Part shown: piece by piece, positions 26,107-38,494 of the stretch
Position numbering within the stretch: position 1 is the stretch's first letter
How the letters are laid out: the number at the start of each line of letters is the position of its first letter
Source: Gnetum montanum
Lineage: Eukaryota; Plantae; Gnetophyta
Direction of reading: 5' to 3'
Assembly (NCBI GenBank): GCA_015680685.1
Contig: MNCI01002197.1
Span: forward strand, 62,243-126,242
Length of the DNA: 64,000 nt
Position numbers and translations under genes: made by a program
The notes under the pieces: model-generated
Databases searched by the model: none
Seen by the model: the letters and a program-made list of their open reading frames with translations, nothing else
Told to the model about the DNA's origin: nothing

Positions 26107-26579
26107 ATGGGGCTCACATTTACCAAGCTTTCTAGCAGGCTCGTTGCCAAGAAGGAAATGCGTATTCTTATGGTTGGTCTTGATGCAGCTGGTAAGATCA
26201 CAATTCTGTACGAGCTGAAGTTGGGAGAGATTGTCACAATCATTCTAACCATTGGATTTAATGCGGGGACTCTTGAATACAAGAACATTAGTTTCACTGT
26301 ATGGGATGTTGGGGGCTAACACAAGATCCGATCTTTGTATATGCACTACTTCCAAAACACGCAAGGAATCATCTTTGTTGTTGATAGCAACGATAGAGAT
26401 CATATTGTTGAGGCAAGAGATGATGCTGTGTTGCTCGTCTTTGCAAACAAGCAAGATCTGCCAAATGCTATGAATGCTGTAGAAATCACTAGTACATCCA
26501 CAGCACTTGTGCTACTTCTGGAAAGGGTCTGTACGAGGGTTTAGATTGGCTCTCGAATGACATTGCCAACAGGGCTTGA
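26107..26579 (+). pseudogene. ARF1: ADP-ribosylation factor 1 (ARF1/ARFA) processed pseudogene
   Basis: [39 protein letters not shown]...WDVGG*...[17 protein letters not shown]...[12 protein letters not shown]...[17 protein letters not shown]; no introns, a premature stop, two internal deletions, 3' UTR-like tail ending in a short A run at about 26893. Confidence 0.95.
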
Positions 26580-26961
26580 ACTCGGGCATACGCGTTGCTT
26601 CTCTCAGTCGGCGGCATAGCGTCGTTTTGTTTTAGTGTTTTAGGATTAAAGCTGATTCGAGTCCTCGTCGACCTATAGAGGGATGATAATTTAAGTTCAT
26701 TTGGTAACGTTGATGGAATTGTTTTTGTTAGTCCTTTATGCTTCTAATGCTATTAAAAGCATAATTTAGATGGTAGAATTATGCGAGAATGTCCTTTGCC
26801 TTTTGCTTTTTTGGATTATAGTTATTGTATTGTATTCATTTTTTGCTTGAGAATAATATCGGATAAATTTGAATTCTCACATTTACTTTTTTAAAAAAAT
26901 AAGTTAAATCACTCCTTTTCATGGTTAGGACCTTAGGATACAATTAGTTTTGGGAACAACT

Positions 26962-27031
26962 GATAAAAGGAATGTTGATATGGTTACGAGTGGCTAGATA
27001 AAGGAATGTTGATATGGTTACGAGTGGCTAG
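26962..27031 (+). repeat. About 35-bp tandem duplication
   Basis: gataaaggaatgttgatatggttacgagtggcta occurs twice in tandem. Confidence 0.9.
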
Positions 27032-27512
27032 CATCTTTTATCTCTGTATAACATTGTTTCTAGTTGCATTTCCTATGTGAAGGGTTAAGCTCATATAAAA
27101 ATTGAAATTTTCACTTCAAATGCCCTTCAATGCTAACAAATGATTTCTACCTTTGTAAGAAACTAAAAAAATTTTAATTAGTTAATACCATTTTCAACTT
27201 TGTTGGCCTTAGTTGATCAAATTTTGCTTGGTTTTAACCTCATTTCTCTTTTATTGTACTTTGTTTTTACCTTGTTTTACTTTGTTCCTGCCTCATGTTA
27301 CCTTCATTAGCACTAGTTTACCTTGTAGTGACCCTATATGACCTCACTTTACCTTATTCTGCCTTCTTTAGCCCTATTTACTATATCTTGGATCTTATTT
27401 TGCCTTACGTTGCTCTATTTTTTGCAGTATTTTTTTTTTTTGCATTATTTTAACATTGTTTAATAAGTATGTCACATAGATGCCGCTTAATATTCTTTTG
27501 GTTGAACTACAG

Positions 27513-30500
27513 GGTTTGAACATGGACACATGGGCACAATTCAATCTACATATAAACTTGGTTGGACCCTATGGTAATGTTGAATGATCAATTAATCTCG
27601 AATGCTTAGATCTTAAGCCTGAGAACTTGGTTGATCACATAGCCTCTATAGAAAAGCCTTTTGAATGGCCTAAACACCTTGTTAAAACCATTAACCTCGA
27701 GGCTGGTTACATTACTAAAGACTCTCTAGCTAAGGTTCCAATGACAACACACAATGATGAGGAGAAAAAACTAAAATTATGTTCCTCACTTGAAGCACAA
27801 TATGTTTAAGACATCATCAAGGTCCTTCAAGATAACATTGAGGCCTTTTCCTGGACATATGAAGTTATGCCAAGTCTCAATCCATGCCTAGTTCAGCACA
27901 ACATTCTACTTGAACCTAGTATTAAACTAGTTAAGCAAAAGGTTCACAAAATTAGACAAGATCTAGCCTTGGCAATTCATGATGAGATCATGAAACTTTA
28001 TCAAGTTAGTTTCCTCCAAGTTGTTGATTACACAGATTAGGTATCCAACATAGTGGTAGTCCCTATGAGAAATGGGAGTATATGTATTTTTATTAATTTC
28101 CAAGACCTACATAAGGCAACTATTAAATATTGTAACGACGGAAAATGCCGGCAGCTGGAAAATACCAAACACAATCCCGTGTACACAGTTTTAACCACGG
28201 ATCCGCACAAGGGCTATGCTGGAAAAACGAATCCGCGGTGCCCTGAACAGTCTTGTCGATCAGACAGGGACTTACTAATCAGTAAACCGATGAAGATTAC
28301 AAATATTTCGTGGAACGATATGATTCGGCGATGTGCGAAATGAAAGAAAAGCGATGTAGATGAATGGTAACGACGATGATAGCGTCAACACGACAACTGG
28401 AATCAGACACAAGAGAAACGCGTAATTGCAAGATCTATAGTTTGACCCGAGAAAATAAGTATTTTGTATATTCAAGTTACATTGGGGAGACCTCGATTGT
28501 TTTGTACAAGCAAACACAAAGCAACAAGAAACAAGAAAACTGTCTAAGCAGGAGTGCAGAATAGAATCCGATCTACCTTGTAGGCCGGAGAAGGGATGCA
28601 AGGAAGGTCAAGTTCTGACGTCTATTGATCAACTGCTTCTGATCAAAAGAAACTCACAAACCACACCAGATGATGTCTGGATCTCTGATCTGCTCCTTTT
28701 GCCTTAGGTAGTCTCTGCTCAGAACTGCCGATAATCGCCAATGGAGAAAGTTGTGTCTTCACCAGAGGGGAATCGCTCTTACTGCCAATGCTCAAGCCAA
28801 GTGTCTCTTGTCTCTGCCGGAAGGTGATGCTGTCAACAATTGCCAAAGTGCTTCTCTCTCTGTCTCTGCTCAAGGTGATAAGTGCTCCTGTGCTCAGAAA
28901 AATGTCCTTGCTTTTTTGATTTGCCAACCCTTGTATCTTTGTCAACTGGGGTATTTATAGGCTGCAACGTCCTGTAGAAAAGGCGCAACCCTGATGACGT
29001 GTACCTCGGACGCTTCGGGTACTGTTGACCTGACCTTTTTTGTGTCAAACTTTGTGACTACGCACAATACGCTCGTTTGCGTATTGTGCGTGTGAAGAAT
29101 AGATGCGCGTCGGGCATGTTTCAACTGTCTTTAGGTTATATTACGCTCATTCGCATTGCGTTGCATGCAAGAGCGTAACATAACGTGGAAGATAACTGAT
29201 TCAAGTTGTTTTACGCTCGTTTACGCAGCCACGTGTAATGAAGCATAAACAATGTTTGGCTTGGCGATGCAATACGCTGAGATACGCTTCGTTGCATATG
29301 ATGAGCAATCTGCATGCCAAGAGAAAAGGGTTGATCTATTGCACTTCCTTAGACTTTGCCTTTGACTGTTTTGGAGCTCATTACGCTGCCGTGCGTAACA
29401 GAGCGTAAACCTGGCCTTGAACAAAAGCCTTAGCAAAATATACGAGAAGTCGCATGTTACACTGCTCAAGCCTCTCCACATGCCGAAGTAAATAGCCTTC
29501 TAATGTCGGATTATGTTTGAACAGAATCACGCTAAGCGCTATTACGCTGTGTCGTGTGATATAGTGTGAACAGAGAAAGCATAGAAAGATTAGGAATCTG
29601 CACAGGAAGCCGAAGACTTGATGCTACGCGTCTCTTGGTCTTGCTCTGTCTTATTCTCCCTTTTGGAATTCTGACATGCGCCCTCGCCTGAATTGCGAAT
29701 CTTTGCCTGAGGCCGACTCGCAATTTTCACGGTGTTTCAAATATGATTCTCTGTTATCTAGTATTGATCATCTCATCAATACTACGACTGGACATGCCTT
29801 GTTATCCTTTATGGATTGGTTCTTAGGATACAACCAAGTTAGGATCAACCTAGAGCATCAGTTGTACACAACCTTCTTGACTCCTTGGGAAACTTTTTGT
29901 TATACAATGATGTCATTCAATCTAAAGAACATGGGTGTAACCTATTAATGAGCAATGAACTATATATTTAGTGATTACAAGCTATGGTTGCTTAACAATA
30001 ATGTTGATGACATAATAGTCAAGTCCAAAAAAGCCAATGACCATGTGCATGATCTTGACTTAGTTCTGCAATGATGTCTCAAGTATGAACTTAGACTTAA
30101 TCCTAAGAAGCATGACTTTGACATTAAAACTAGTAAAATGCTTGGTTTCGTAGTGTCTAAGGTAGTGATACATGTCGATCTTGATAAGCTTAAGTCCATA
30201 ACCAACTTGACAACACCTACAAACCTTAAGGAGCTTTGGGGACTACAACATAGATTGTAGTTTATTCATAGGTTTATTTCAAGGCTTATGGATAAGCTAC
30301 AATCCATGCAGCACTTGCTTAAGAAGGGAGTTCACTATGAATGGACTATCCAATGCCAAGAAGCCTTTGACAACATCAAGCAAGAGTTGGTCCAACTACC
30401 CACTATTTATCCACCACAAAATCTATCTTGCAATCTCTAACACATCCATAGCCTCTCTACTCTATCAAAAATGAGATGGATTATAGTTACCTATTTACTA

Positions 30501-32536
30501 CTTAAGCCATGCATTAATAGCCTATGAGACCCAATACATAAAAATCAAGAAGTATTACCTAGCCCTAGTCTTCTTCTTAAAGAAGTGAAGACACTACCTT
30601 TTTAGTAGTCAAGTCACTGTCATATGCAAACACAATATATTAAGAGCCATAATGGCCATCATCTATCAAAGTAGTCAAATGGCTTAGTGGAAAGCCATAA
30701 TAGTATAGTTTGACTTGCATTCGCAAGCCTCAACCAAAGGTCAAGCTATAGCCACATAACTCACTAATGAGCATGTTAAAATTATTAATGAGGAATCTAA
30801 GGGTTATGAGGTTATCATGCATTTTGATGGAGCTTCCACTACCCAAGGGACTAGTGTTGCTACCATCTTAACATTACCTTCTGGTGCAATCCAACCTTTC
30901 ACTTACCATTTTCAATTTTCATGTATTAGCAACATGGCAAAGTATGAAGGGTTAACTAGAGGAATGATGGTAGCTTGTGACCAAGGAATCAAATGCCTGA
31001 TGGTGAAAGATGATTCATAGCTTGTGCTTAACCAAGTAACTAAGGTTTATGCGTGTAAAGCCAAACATTATTGTGACCTAGCTAAGAAACTAATGCAACA
31101 ATTTATAGGCATTAGTATTCAACATATACCTTAAACCAAGAATACATTAGTTGATGCCATTACAACCTTAGACCTAAGTGTGACACCATATGTGTTTAAT
31201 AAGTTACCTTCCTTAACAAAGAAATATGCTCTTCCCATCATGCAGAACACTAAAGGCATCTCCATAGCCACTATTGAAATTTCCCCTTAAAAGGAGTGGT
31301 ATGATAATATCAAATTTTACCTAATGCATGGTGAATCTCCACAAAACTTGAATGCTTCTCAAAAGGATGTTGTACATAAAAGATCAAAACCATATGTCAT
31401 TGTAGCCAATAACACACTATGTCAAAGTCCTAAAATGACATATTGTTGGTGTGCTTGGGAAAAACTGAAGCTTGCATAGTCCTTGAGCAAGTTCATGAAG
31501 GTGTATATAGAGGACATATTTGACCTAGAGCCATGGATGCAAAGATTAGACAATTAGGATACTATTGACCCTACATGGAAAGTGATTACCTAGAGAAGGT
31601 TAAGACTTGTGATACCTATCAACATCATGGTAACTTAATACATGTATTACCAATTGAATTACATACTACTCAAATCACCTAGCTATTTCAATAATGGGGA
31701 ATAGACATTATTGGACCAATAATGCCTAAGTCTTTCACAAGGCATAGCTTCATCATCACCACAATTGAATATTTTACAAAGTGAGTTGAGGCTATTTCTT
31801 TAAGGAAAACAACATCTTAACAAGTCTGTAAATTCATATTAGACAACATAGTGTCTCATTTTAGCATAACATTAACTATAGTCCCAAATAATGGACTGTA
31901 GTTCAGTAGCTAAGAAACATAAACCTTTTGTGAACAATTAAGCATTAAACATTTATTTTCATCATCATATTATTCACAAGCTAATGGACAAGCCAAAGCA
32001 AGAAACAAGGTCATCATAAACTTGCTTTAAAATATGTTAAAAAATAGCAAATGCAAGTGCCATGAACAACTTATGCATTCACTATGAGCCTATAGAACAA
32101 CCTTTAGAACTACAACTAGTGCCATCCTATATAGCCTTATTTATGAATCTTAAGTTGTTTTGCCTCTTAACTTATAGGTTCCATCACTAAGGGTAACTCT
32201 ATCTAACTTTATCAAAGATGCACAGTATAAGGAGTTGCATACCATCAACCTCAATTCAATGGAACACTAGTGAATACAAGTGCTTCCTCACATTGAACAA
32301 TATTAAGAGAGGTAGAAATAATAGAATTATCATGATCTAAACAAATAAAAAGTTAAGGAAGGGGATCTTGTTCTTAAGGACATTCATGAACATGTAGACA
32401 AGTTCTCAACCAATTGGGAGGATCTTTCTTGGTTACAAAATCCTATGGCAATGGAGCATTTAGACTAGCAAACATGGATGGGAATGAATTGGCCAATCCA
32501 GTCTACCATTCCTATCTCAAACCTTATTATATCTAA
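27513..32536 (+). pseudogene. Tat-type pol (RT-RH-aRH-INT), orphan copy interrupted by a solo LTR
   Basis: LLSFMDWFLGYNQV, TPWETFCYTMM, NVDDIIVKS; aRH MHFDGAS...NMAKYEGL; integrase WGIDIIGP, QANGQA, HSYLKPY; homologous to 48646-52095. Confidence 0.9.
28131..29739 (-). repeat. Young Tat-type solo LTR (1609 bp) inserted in RT
   Basis: Perfect TSD AATAT (28126-28130 / 29740-29744); minus strand TGAAACACCG...ccgtcgttaCA; TATA about 28952; CpG-rich; removing it rejoins RT KATIKY/DSLLSSIDHL. Confidence 0.92.
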
Positions 32537-34289
32537 CACTAACCTATTTTCTTATGATCCTTGTGTCTTTATTTGCATGTATGAATGAATGATGGATACC
32601 AATAACTCGTGTGGCCTATAATAAGTGAGCCTATGTGACCTATTGTCTCTTCTCTTTTCTTTTTGGCACAACAAATGAAAAGTAATAATTTGTAAAGTCT
32701 ATGAAACAAAATATAGATTCCTCATGCTATACCAATTATAACCTATATTCTAATTATTATCTCATGTGGCCTTATGTAATCTCTTGAAATAATATGCATT
32801 ATTTGACTTATTTTCTTATCCTCTTATAGTTGTGTTTGCAGGATGAAGCTTGAAGTCATCACGAAAGTACGACTCATCGCAGCAATAAGTTACCATGCAA
32901 TCTTGATGCATAAGACTCGATTATCCTATCCAACTATGCTAAAATTTCTTACCTCACATCACTTTCATTACCCCTCTTGAGCCATAATCCCATAGCAAAA
33001 GTACATCCTTCCTTATCCTAATAACAATAAAAACTGATGAGCTGGCAAAAGTTTGGTGTTGAGTTACCTTAGTAGTTATCTTCATGGTAAAGTTGTCACC
33101 TCTTCTATGACTAATCCACGATTCATATCCATGCAAGAATGGTTCCAAAGTCAAAAATATCATCAAGACAATAAACAATTAGATCTAAATGCAATCAAAA
33201 ACTCCACACTTATGATTATCACTCATAAGTAAAATCAAAATTCCTCATCCTAACTTCTAATCTTAAGTTCAAAGATGAAAAAAAATGATTAAATCAAACT
33301 AAAAATACTTAAATTTATCATAAAGATTAGAAGATTATAAAGGATACATCACCTAATCTATGGCCCTAGTCTGCTAACTTCACAATGCAACAACTTCATA
33401 GCCTTAATAAACATCAAATGATTATTGATTGTCACAAGGTGTCATCAATCTTCCATAACAACTTTTAACACAAATAAAGAAGGATTCAATTTGATATGGG
33501 TTTTTTCTTAAGTTTGGCTTCCCCCTCCTTCATAGATGAGCTTCTTATTTATACTAAAGAGGATTTACAATAATTAGAAAAATCATTATTTTAGGAATCA
33601 ATTGGTATTGAGGAATTTAATAACAATCCATTGAAGAGATCTCAAATTGTATCACAATCTCTATCATCTTTGATATCAATTTAGATTGCCCAATGATTCA
33701 AATTGATATTTTGATTCCTTCACATGATGCTTTCTCCCAAAAATTCTACATTATTGATCCATATTACAACTGCTATGAAGATCAATATAATTGGCATCGA
33801 TTTCCATAACTAAAAAAATAAATTAATACTTATCAATATCTATCACAAAAATTAATGATCCTTGATAGAGTAAAATAACAAAATAATAAAAATGAAAACT
33901 TATAAGGTTAAAAACTAGGCCATAAGGGATTCAACATAGCCCCCAACTAGCCTTTGGCTAGTGCTTGGCTGCTAAGTAAAAAGAAACAAATACATTACTT
34001 ATGTATATAAACCATCATCATGTGTAATATATGCATAGCTATTCAAAGTGGATGTAAAAAAAATTAAACTATAGGGAATAAGCTAATGCCACATTCATAT
34101 TCTATCAATTTTCAAAGAAAAATTCAGCTAAGCACATTATATCTAGATAATATAAAAACATATAAACCAATAAAAATATCATTAATGCTAACCGTCTATC
34201 TATTATACTCCAGAAACAAAAAAAAATTAAACTTGTTCATACATCACAAAAATGGCCATACAACCAAACTATGAACAAAAATAAGATTA

Positions 34290-35330
34290 AATTTGAGGCA
34301 TATATCAAGTCTCTAAGCCAGCCTCCACCTCCATATCCTCTTTATAATGAGAGGACTCTATCCCTTCCTCATCATCCTGGATTTGAGGATGAACATGTTT
34401 TCCAATGTTCACCATCATTTTGTCCATGGTGAAAAGGGTTGAGCTGATTCTCTCTAGCACTATCAAGATCTCCCTTTGTGTGGACTGAACCTCCTAGAGC
34501 TACCACCAAACCTTGTATTTGAATCCCTGAATTCTACTAGCTTCAAGTGTCAATGAAGAACATAGCTTCCCTAATTATTTTACAAATGGGTTGACCTTTG
34601 TCTAGATGTTTAGAGAATGGGCAAAGGTATCCTTTTTGAGGACCAAAAGATGCACCTTTGTTACCATCTAAAACTCTAGAACTTCATGTTTCCAGAGAAT
34701 TGCTGAAATAAGGAATGGAAAGAACAACTTCAAAGAATCATCATTGTAATGGTAAGCTAAATACCTAATCGAGAAGTAAGAAAAATGTTCTTCCTCCCAA
34801 AACTTCAATGTTGTCATAACATGGAGTGCATGGCTAAGAACATAAGCGATGTGAGTGGAAGACACAACATTCATTATAATTGTCCATGCCATCACCCAGT
34901 GTTCAGGACAAAATTTCACAAAGTGTAAACCTTGTACTTGCAACCACCCAAAATCAAACTCACCATGAACTAGTGGAAGAGATCATATTTCTCTTTCATA
35001 CTTGCTTTTGGTTGAAAAATTTCATCCCCCCTGGCTAATTGCCCAAACTACTCTTGTAGCTTGGCCACCATCACTTTGACTCATGTCTTCTAAAATGGAA
35101 GAAATCAAATAATGCTCTAGAGGATCCACCTTGGTGAGGTGCAACTTGAGGTTATTATAAAATTCTAGGACCTATTCTTAGATAAACCAATCAATGGACG
35201 GCCTGATAAAAGCCTCACAACCCATCGTTTCAAGCTACTACTACACCATCACATTTGTATGGTTGAACCCCTTTGAGTAATCAACCTCTTAGTTCCAGGG
35301 AGTGATTTTTATGCATTCACTCCTTGGCTC
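34290..35330 (-). pseudogene. Antisense extra ORF 3' of integrase, putative plant transposon protein (Athila ORF2 / Transposase_32-like)
   Basis: MGCEAFIRP...VLEFYNNL and LFFPFLISAIL motifs; position typical of Tat antisense ORFs. Confidence 0.6.
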
Positions 35331-36548
35331 CAAAAGCACATATTAAAAAATATGTAATAGGCTTATAAGCCATGAAAAATTATCAAAATTCATAGATACA
35401 AAATTAAAAAAAAAATCATCAAATAATTATTTTTCCATGTTGTCATAGTCTTTGCTATGTTGGAAGTCATGATATATTGCTTAGGATGCATAGTGGGCAT
35501 GTTTTAGTCCCATGTTTGGTTTATATATATACATTTGTTAAAGTTCATAGCCTTGTACTATTCTTATGTATACTCATCATGCCATGTGTTAAGATATGAC
35601 AAATGTTGTGGAGAAGATATCATAAGTATACAAAAGTAGTGGAGTCATGAGGACTATATAGGAGTTAAACTCATTGATGACTGTTATGGTAGTTATTATA
35701 GAATATGGTAATCATGGTATTTGTGCTCATTCATAAAGCACCATATGAGTGATATTTACTCTCATTCATGAGATAACTCCTTTCACTTCTACAAGATTAA
35801 GCTCTCATCTCCATTGAATATTATTTGTATTGCATGTGGCTAGAAATAATGTGGCTTTTTGGTAATGTAAATTAAGAATTCAAGATAAGTTTAATCAAAT
35901 TGTTATTTCTCTTATCTAGATCTATACTTTATTCATATGCTACTAATTTCTAGAGCTCCATGAACTCTCCTCTAACCTCCTCACTCTTACAGCATATTTT
36001 GTAAATGAAATCTCTCTAATGGTAGGCCACAAAAAAATCTCATGATGCTCTTAACAATCTCTAATTCTCTCAATTTTCTTACATTCTTTCATGTTTACTC
36101 TCATTCTCTCAATATGCTCTGATTCTCATAGTTAGCTCTCATTTTCTTAAATGGCTTTAAATTAATTACTCTCATTTTCAAAATTTTTATTTCTCAAATT
36201 AATTAATGATTTAGTTAAACAAAAGAATATCATATACAAGATATATGCTATGAATTATTTATTTCATAATTATAATATTGGGCACAATTTTTCCTTATAC
36301 ATGCAAAGCTCAAATATTTTTTTCCCATCCAAATATTTTAGTTTCAAATGTATCTAAGAGTTTCATTAAATTATGATGATTTAATTAATTTGATGATGTT
36401 TGTGTTGTTTCTATTTCATTCAAGCCTCCATTAATAAGCATAGAAGGTCTAAAATGTGTGATGAAGATTTTTTGTTACCTCAAAATTTGTTGTTGTGTCT
36501 AGATCAAAGTTAGAATTTTTCATTTGCACAGTTTTCAATAAAACATGC

Positions 36549-37984
36549 TGAAACACCATCAAATTTGAACTCCCAAGTCTTGACTACAAATTTGTCCAAG
36601 TGTCAAAACTTGGCAAATTTTCTCTAAGTGTTGAGACTACACTCCCCACTACTAGGACAATGCTCCAAAGTGTAGTCAGTGTAGTTGACATAAATAGTCT
36701 AGATTTGCAAGATTTTTCAAAGTGTCAATAGCAGCTGCAAAATTTTCTGTGTCAGGGCTATGCTCTCATCTTTGGGACTACAGTCTAGAGTGTAGTCAGT
36801 GCAGTCAACACTAGAACACACTTTTTTGCAAAATTTGTTTAACTGTTGGGACTACGCTCCAAAGCGTAGTCAGCGTAGTCATGCAGAATTGTCTCTAGAA
36901 GCCTCCAACGCATAGCATCGACCTTCATCTCAACTCCAACATTCCTTTGACAAGCAAGATCAATAATTTTCACTTCTTTTGCACCCCCCATTTGCCCCCA
37001 AATTGTACCTACGCTCAACACCACTCAAGAGAGCAGATAGCATAGTCCCATAGTGTAGTCTCCAAAAATACATTGTTTTGAATTATTTTCAAGTACATTG
37101 TGGTTTCTTTAGCACTTGCACATGTAGTCTTAGCAGTGTAGTTACAGTCTAGCAATCTCATAAGGTCCATTGGAGCACACCAGCAGAACACCATTTGCTT
37201 CAGTGGGAGTGTAGTTGGGGCTAGCATTGTCCTAACTACCCCTCTACCACATGGCACCCAATCTGCAATTCACACTAACCCTAGGCTTATAAATATATCA
37301 GCATTTCATGTTTTAGGGGTTGGCAATTCTTGCATTTGGTTGGAAAATTTGACCATTGGCATTCTTGCATTTGAGAGCACTTGGCATTTTGGCAAACACC
37401 ATTGTACATCACCACAGTACCATTGCACACCTCCTTGCACACTGTAGACCACCACAACCCATAGGACATTATGATGGCCAACCCAGCAGGCCTAGACTTC
37501 ATGGTGTATGTCAGTCTCTGTAGTCCAAATGCCCTAAGATTGTGACTACACTACCTACTATGCTTGTCTATACACCACATACCTCCTCACCTTTCTTTGT
37601 AGTTAACTACATTTCCCCCGTTTAGGGTGCTACCAATTTCTCTCTCACTCACACTCTATTCATTTTTAGCATTTTCCCCACATCTACCATTTTACTTGCA
37701 TTTGTCACCATTTTTTCACATATTTGCATGTTTTCACCTTCATTTTACACTGAAGACCTTAACTATGCTCACCCTAGTTGACACCATAAATGTTGCAAAC
37801 ATCATGTAAACCCTTAGCATTCATTTTTGCATAACATCCCGTAAGTCCTAGTTTGATCAATAAGACCATTCTAGGCACCCTGCCTCCATGTCTAGCAAGC
37901 CCTCATGTGGATGTGGGGTCAAGGCTATACAACTATGAACCTCTTAGTGTACCATTCCAACCTCCAACATTTTCAGTCACTACA
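36549..37984 (+). repeat. Tat-3 5' LTR (1436 bp)
   Basis: Collinear with 54006-55471; TATA about 37288. Confidence 0.94.
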
Positions 37985-38494
37985 GTTCTTTGGTGCTAGA
38001 AGGAGGGTCTTCTCCATTTCCTTCTACTATCTCCCTTGGTTGTTGCTTTGCATGCTCTCTTCACCACAGTTGCTAGCTCTAGGCTAGCATAGACCTCACA
38101 CCCCCGTGGACCTACCACAACAATAGCTAGGTCTTAGGCCAGTGTAGGAGTTTTTTGCAAACCATTAGTGTAGACTAGACCCCCTCATATGTTCCCTTGG
38201 AACCTTGCTTGATAACACCAAAGTGCATACCTTACACTTAGCCAAATTCTGGGCACTTAGGAGAGCGTAGTCAACTCCCAGCGTAGGAAGCATAGTTGAC
38301 TCTGATCATAGTCCCAAAGTTAACCATTTTTTCAATAGTTTACACTTAGTTATTTTTTCTACATTTTTCTACACTTAGCCATTTTTTCAATAATTTTATA
38401 CTTAGCGATTTTTTCTACATTTTGACACTTAGTCATTTTCCAGTTTGTTCTCTCCATTTTACATCCAGCAACTTTTGCATCTCCCCTTTGCATC

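Noticed and set aside
26107-26579. Functional ARF1 gene
   Set aside because: Premature stop, frameshifting deletion, P-loop GKT>GKI change, and no introns
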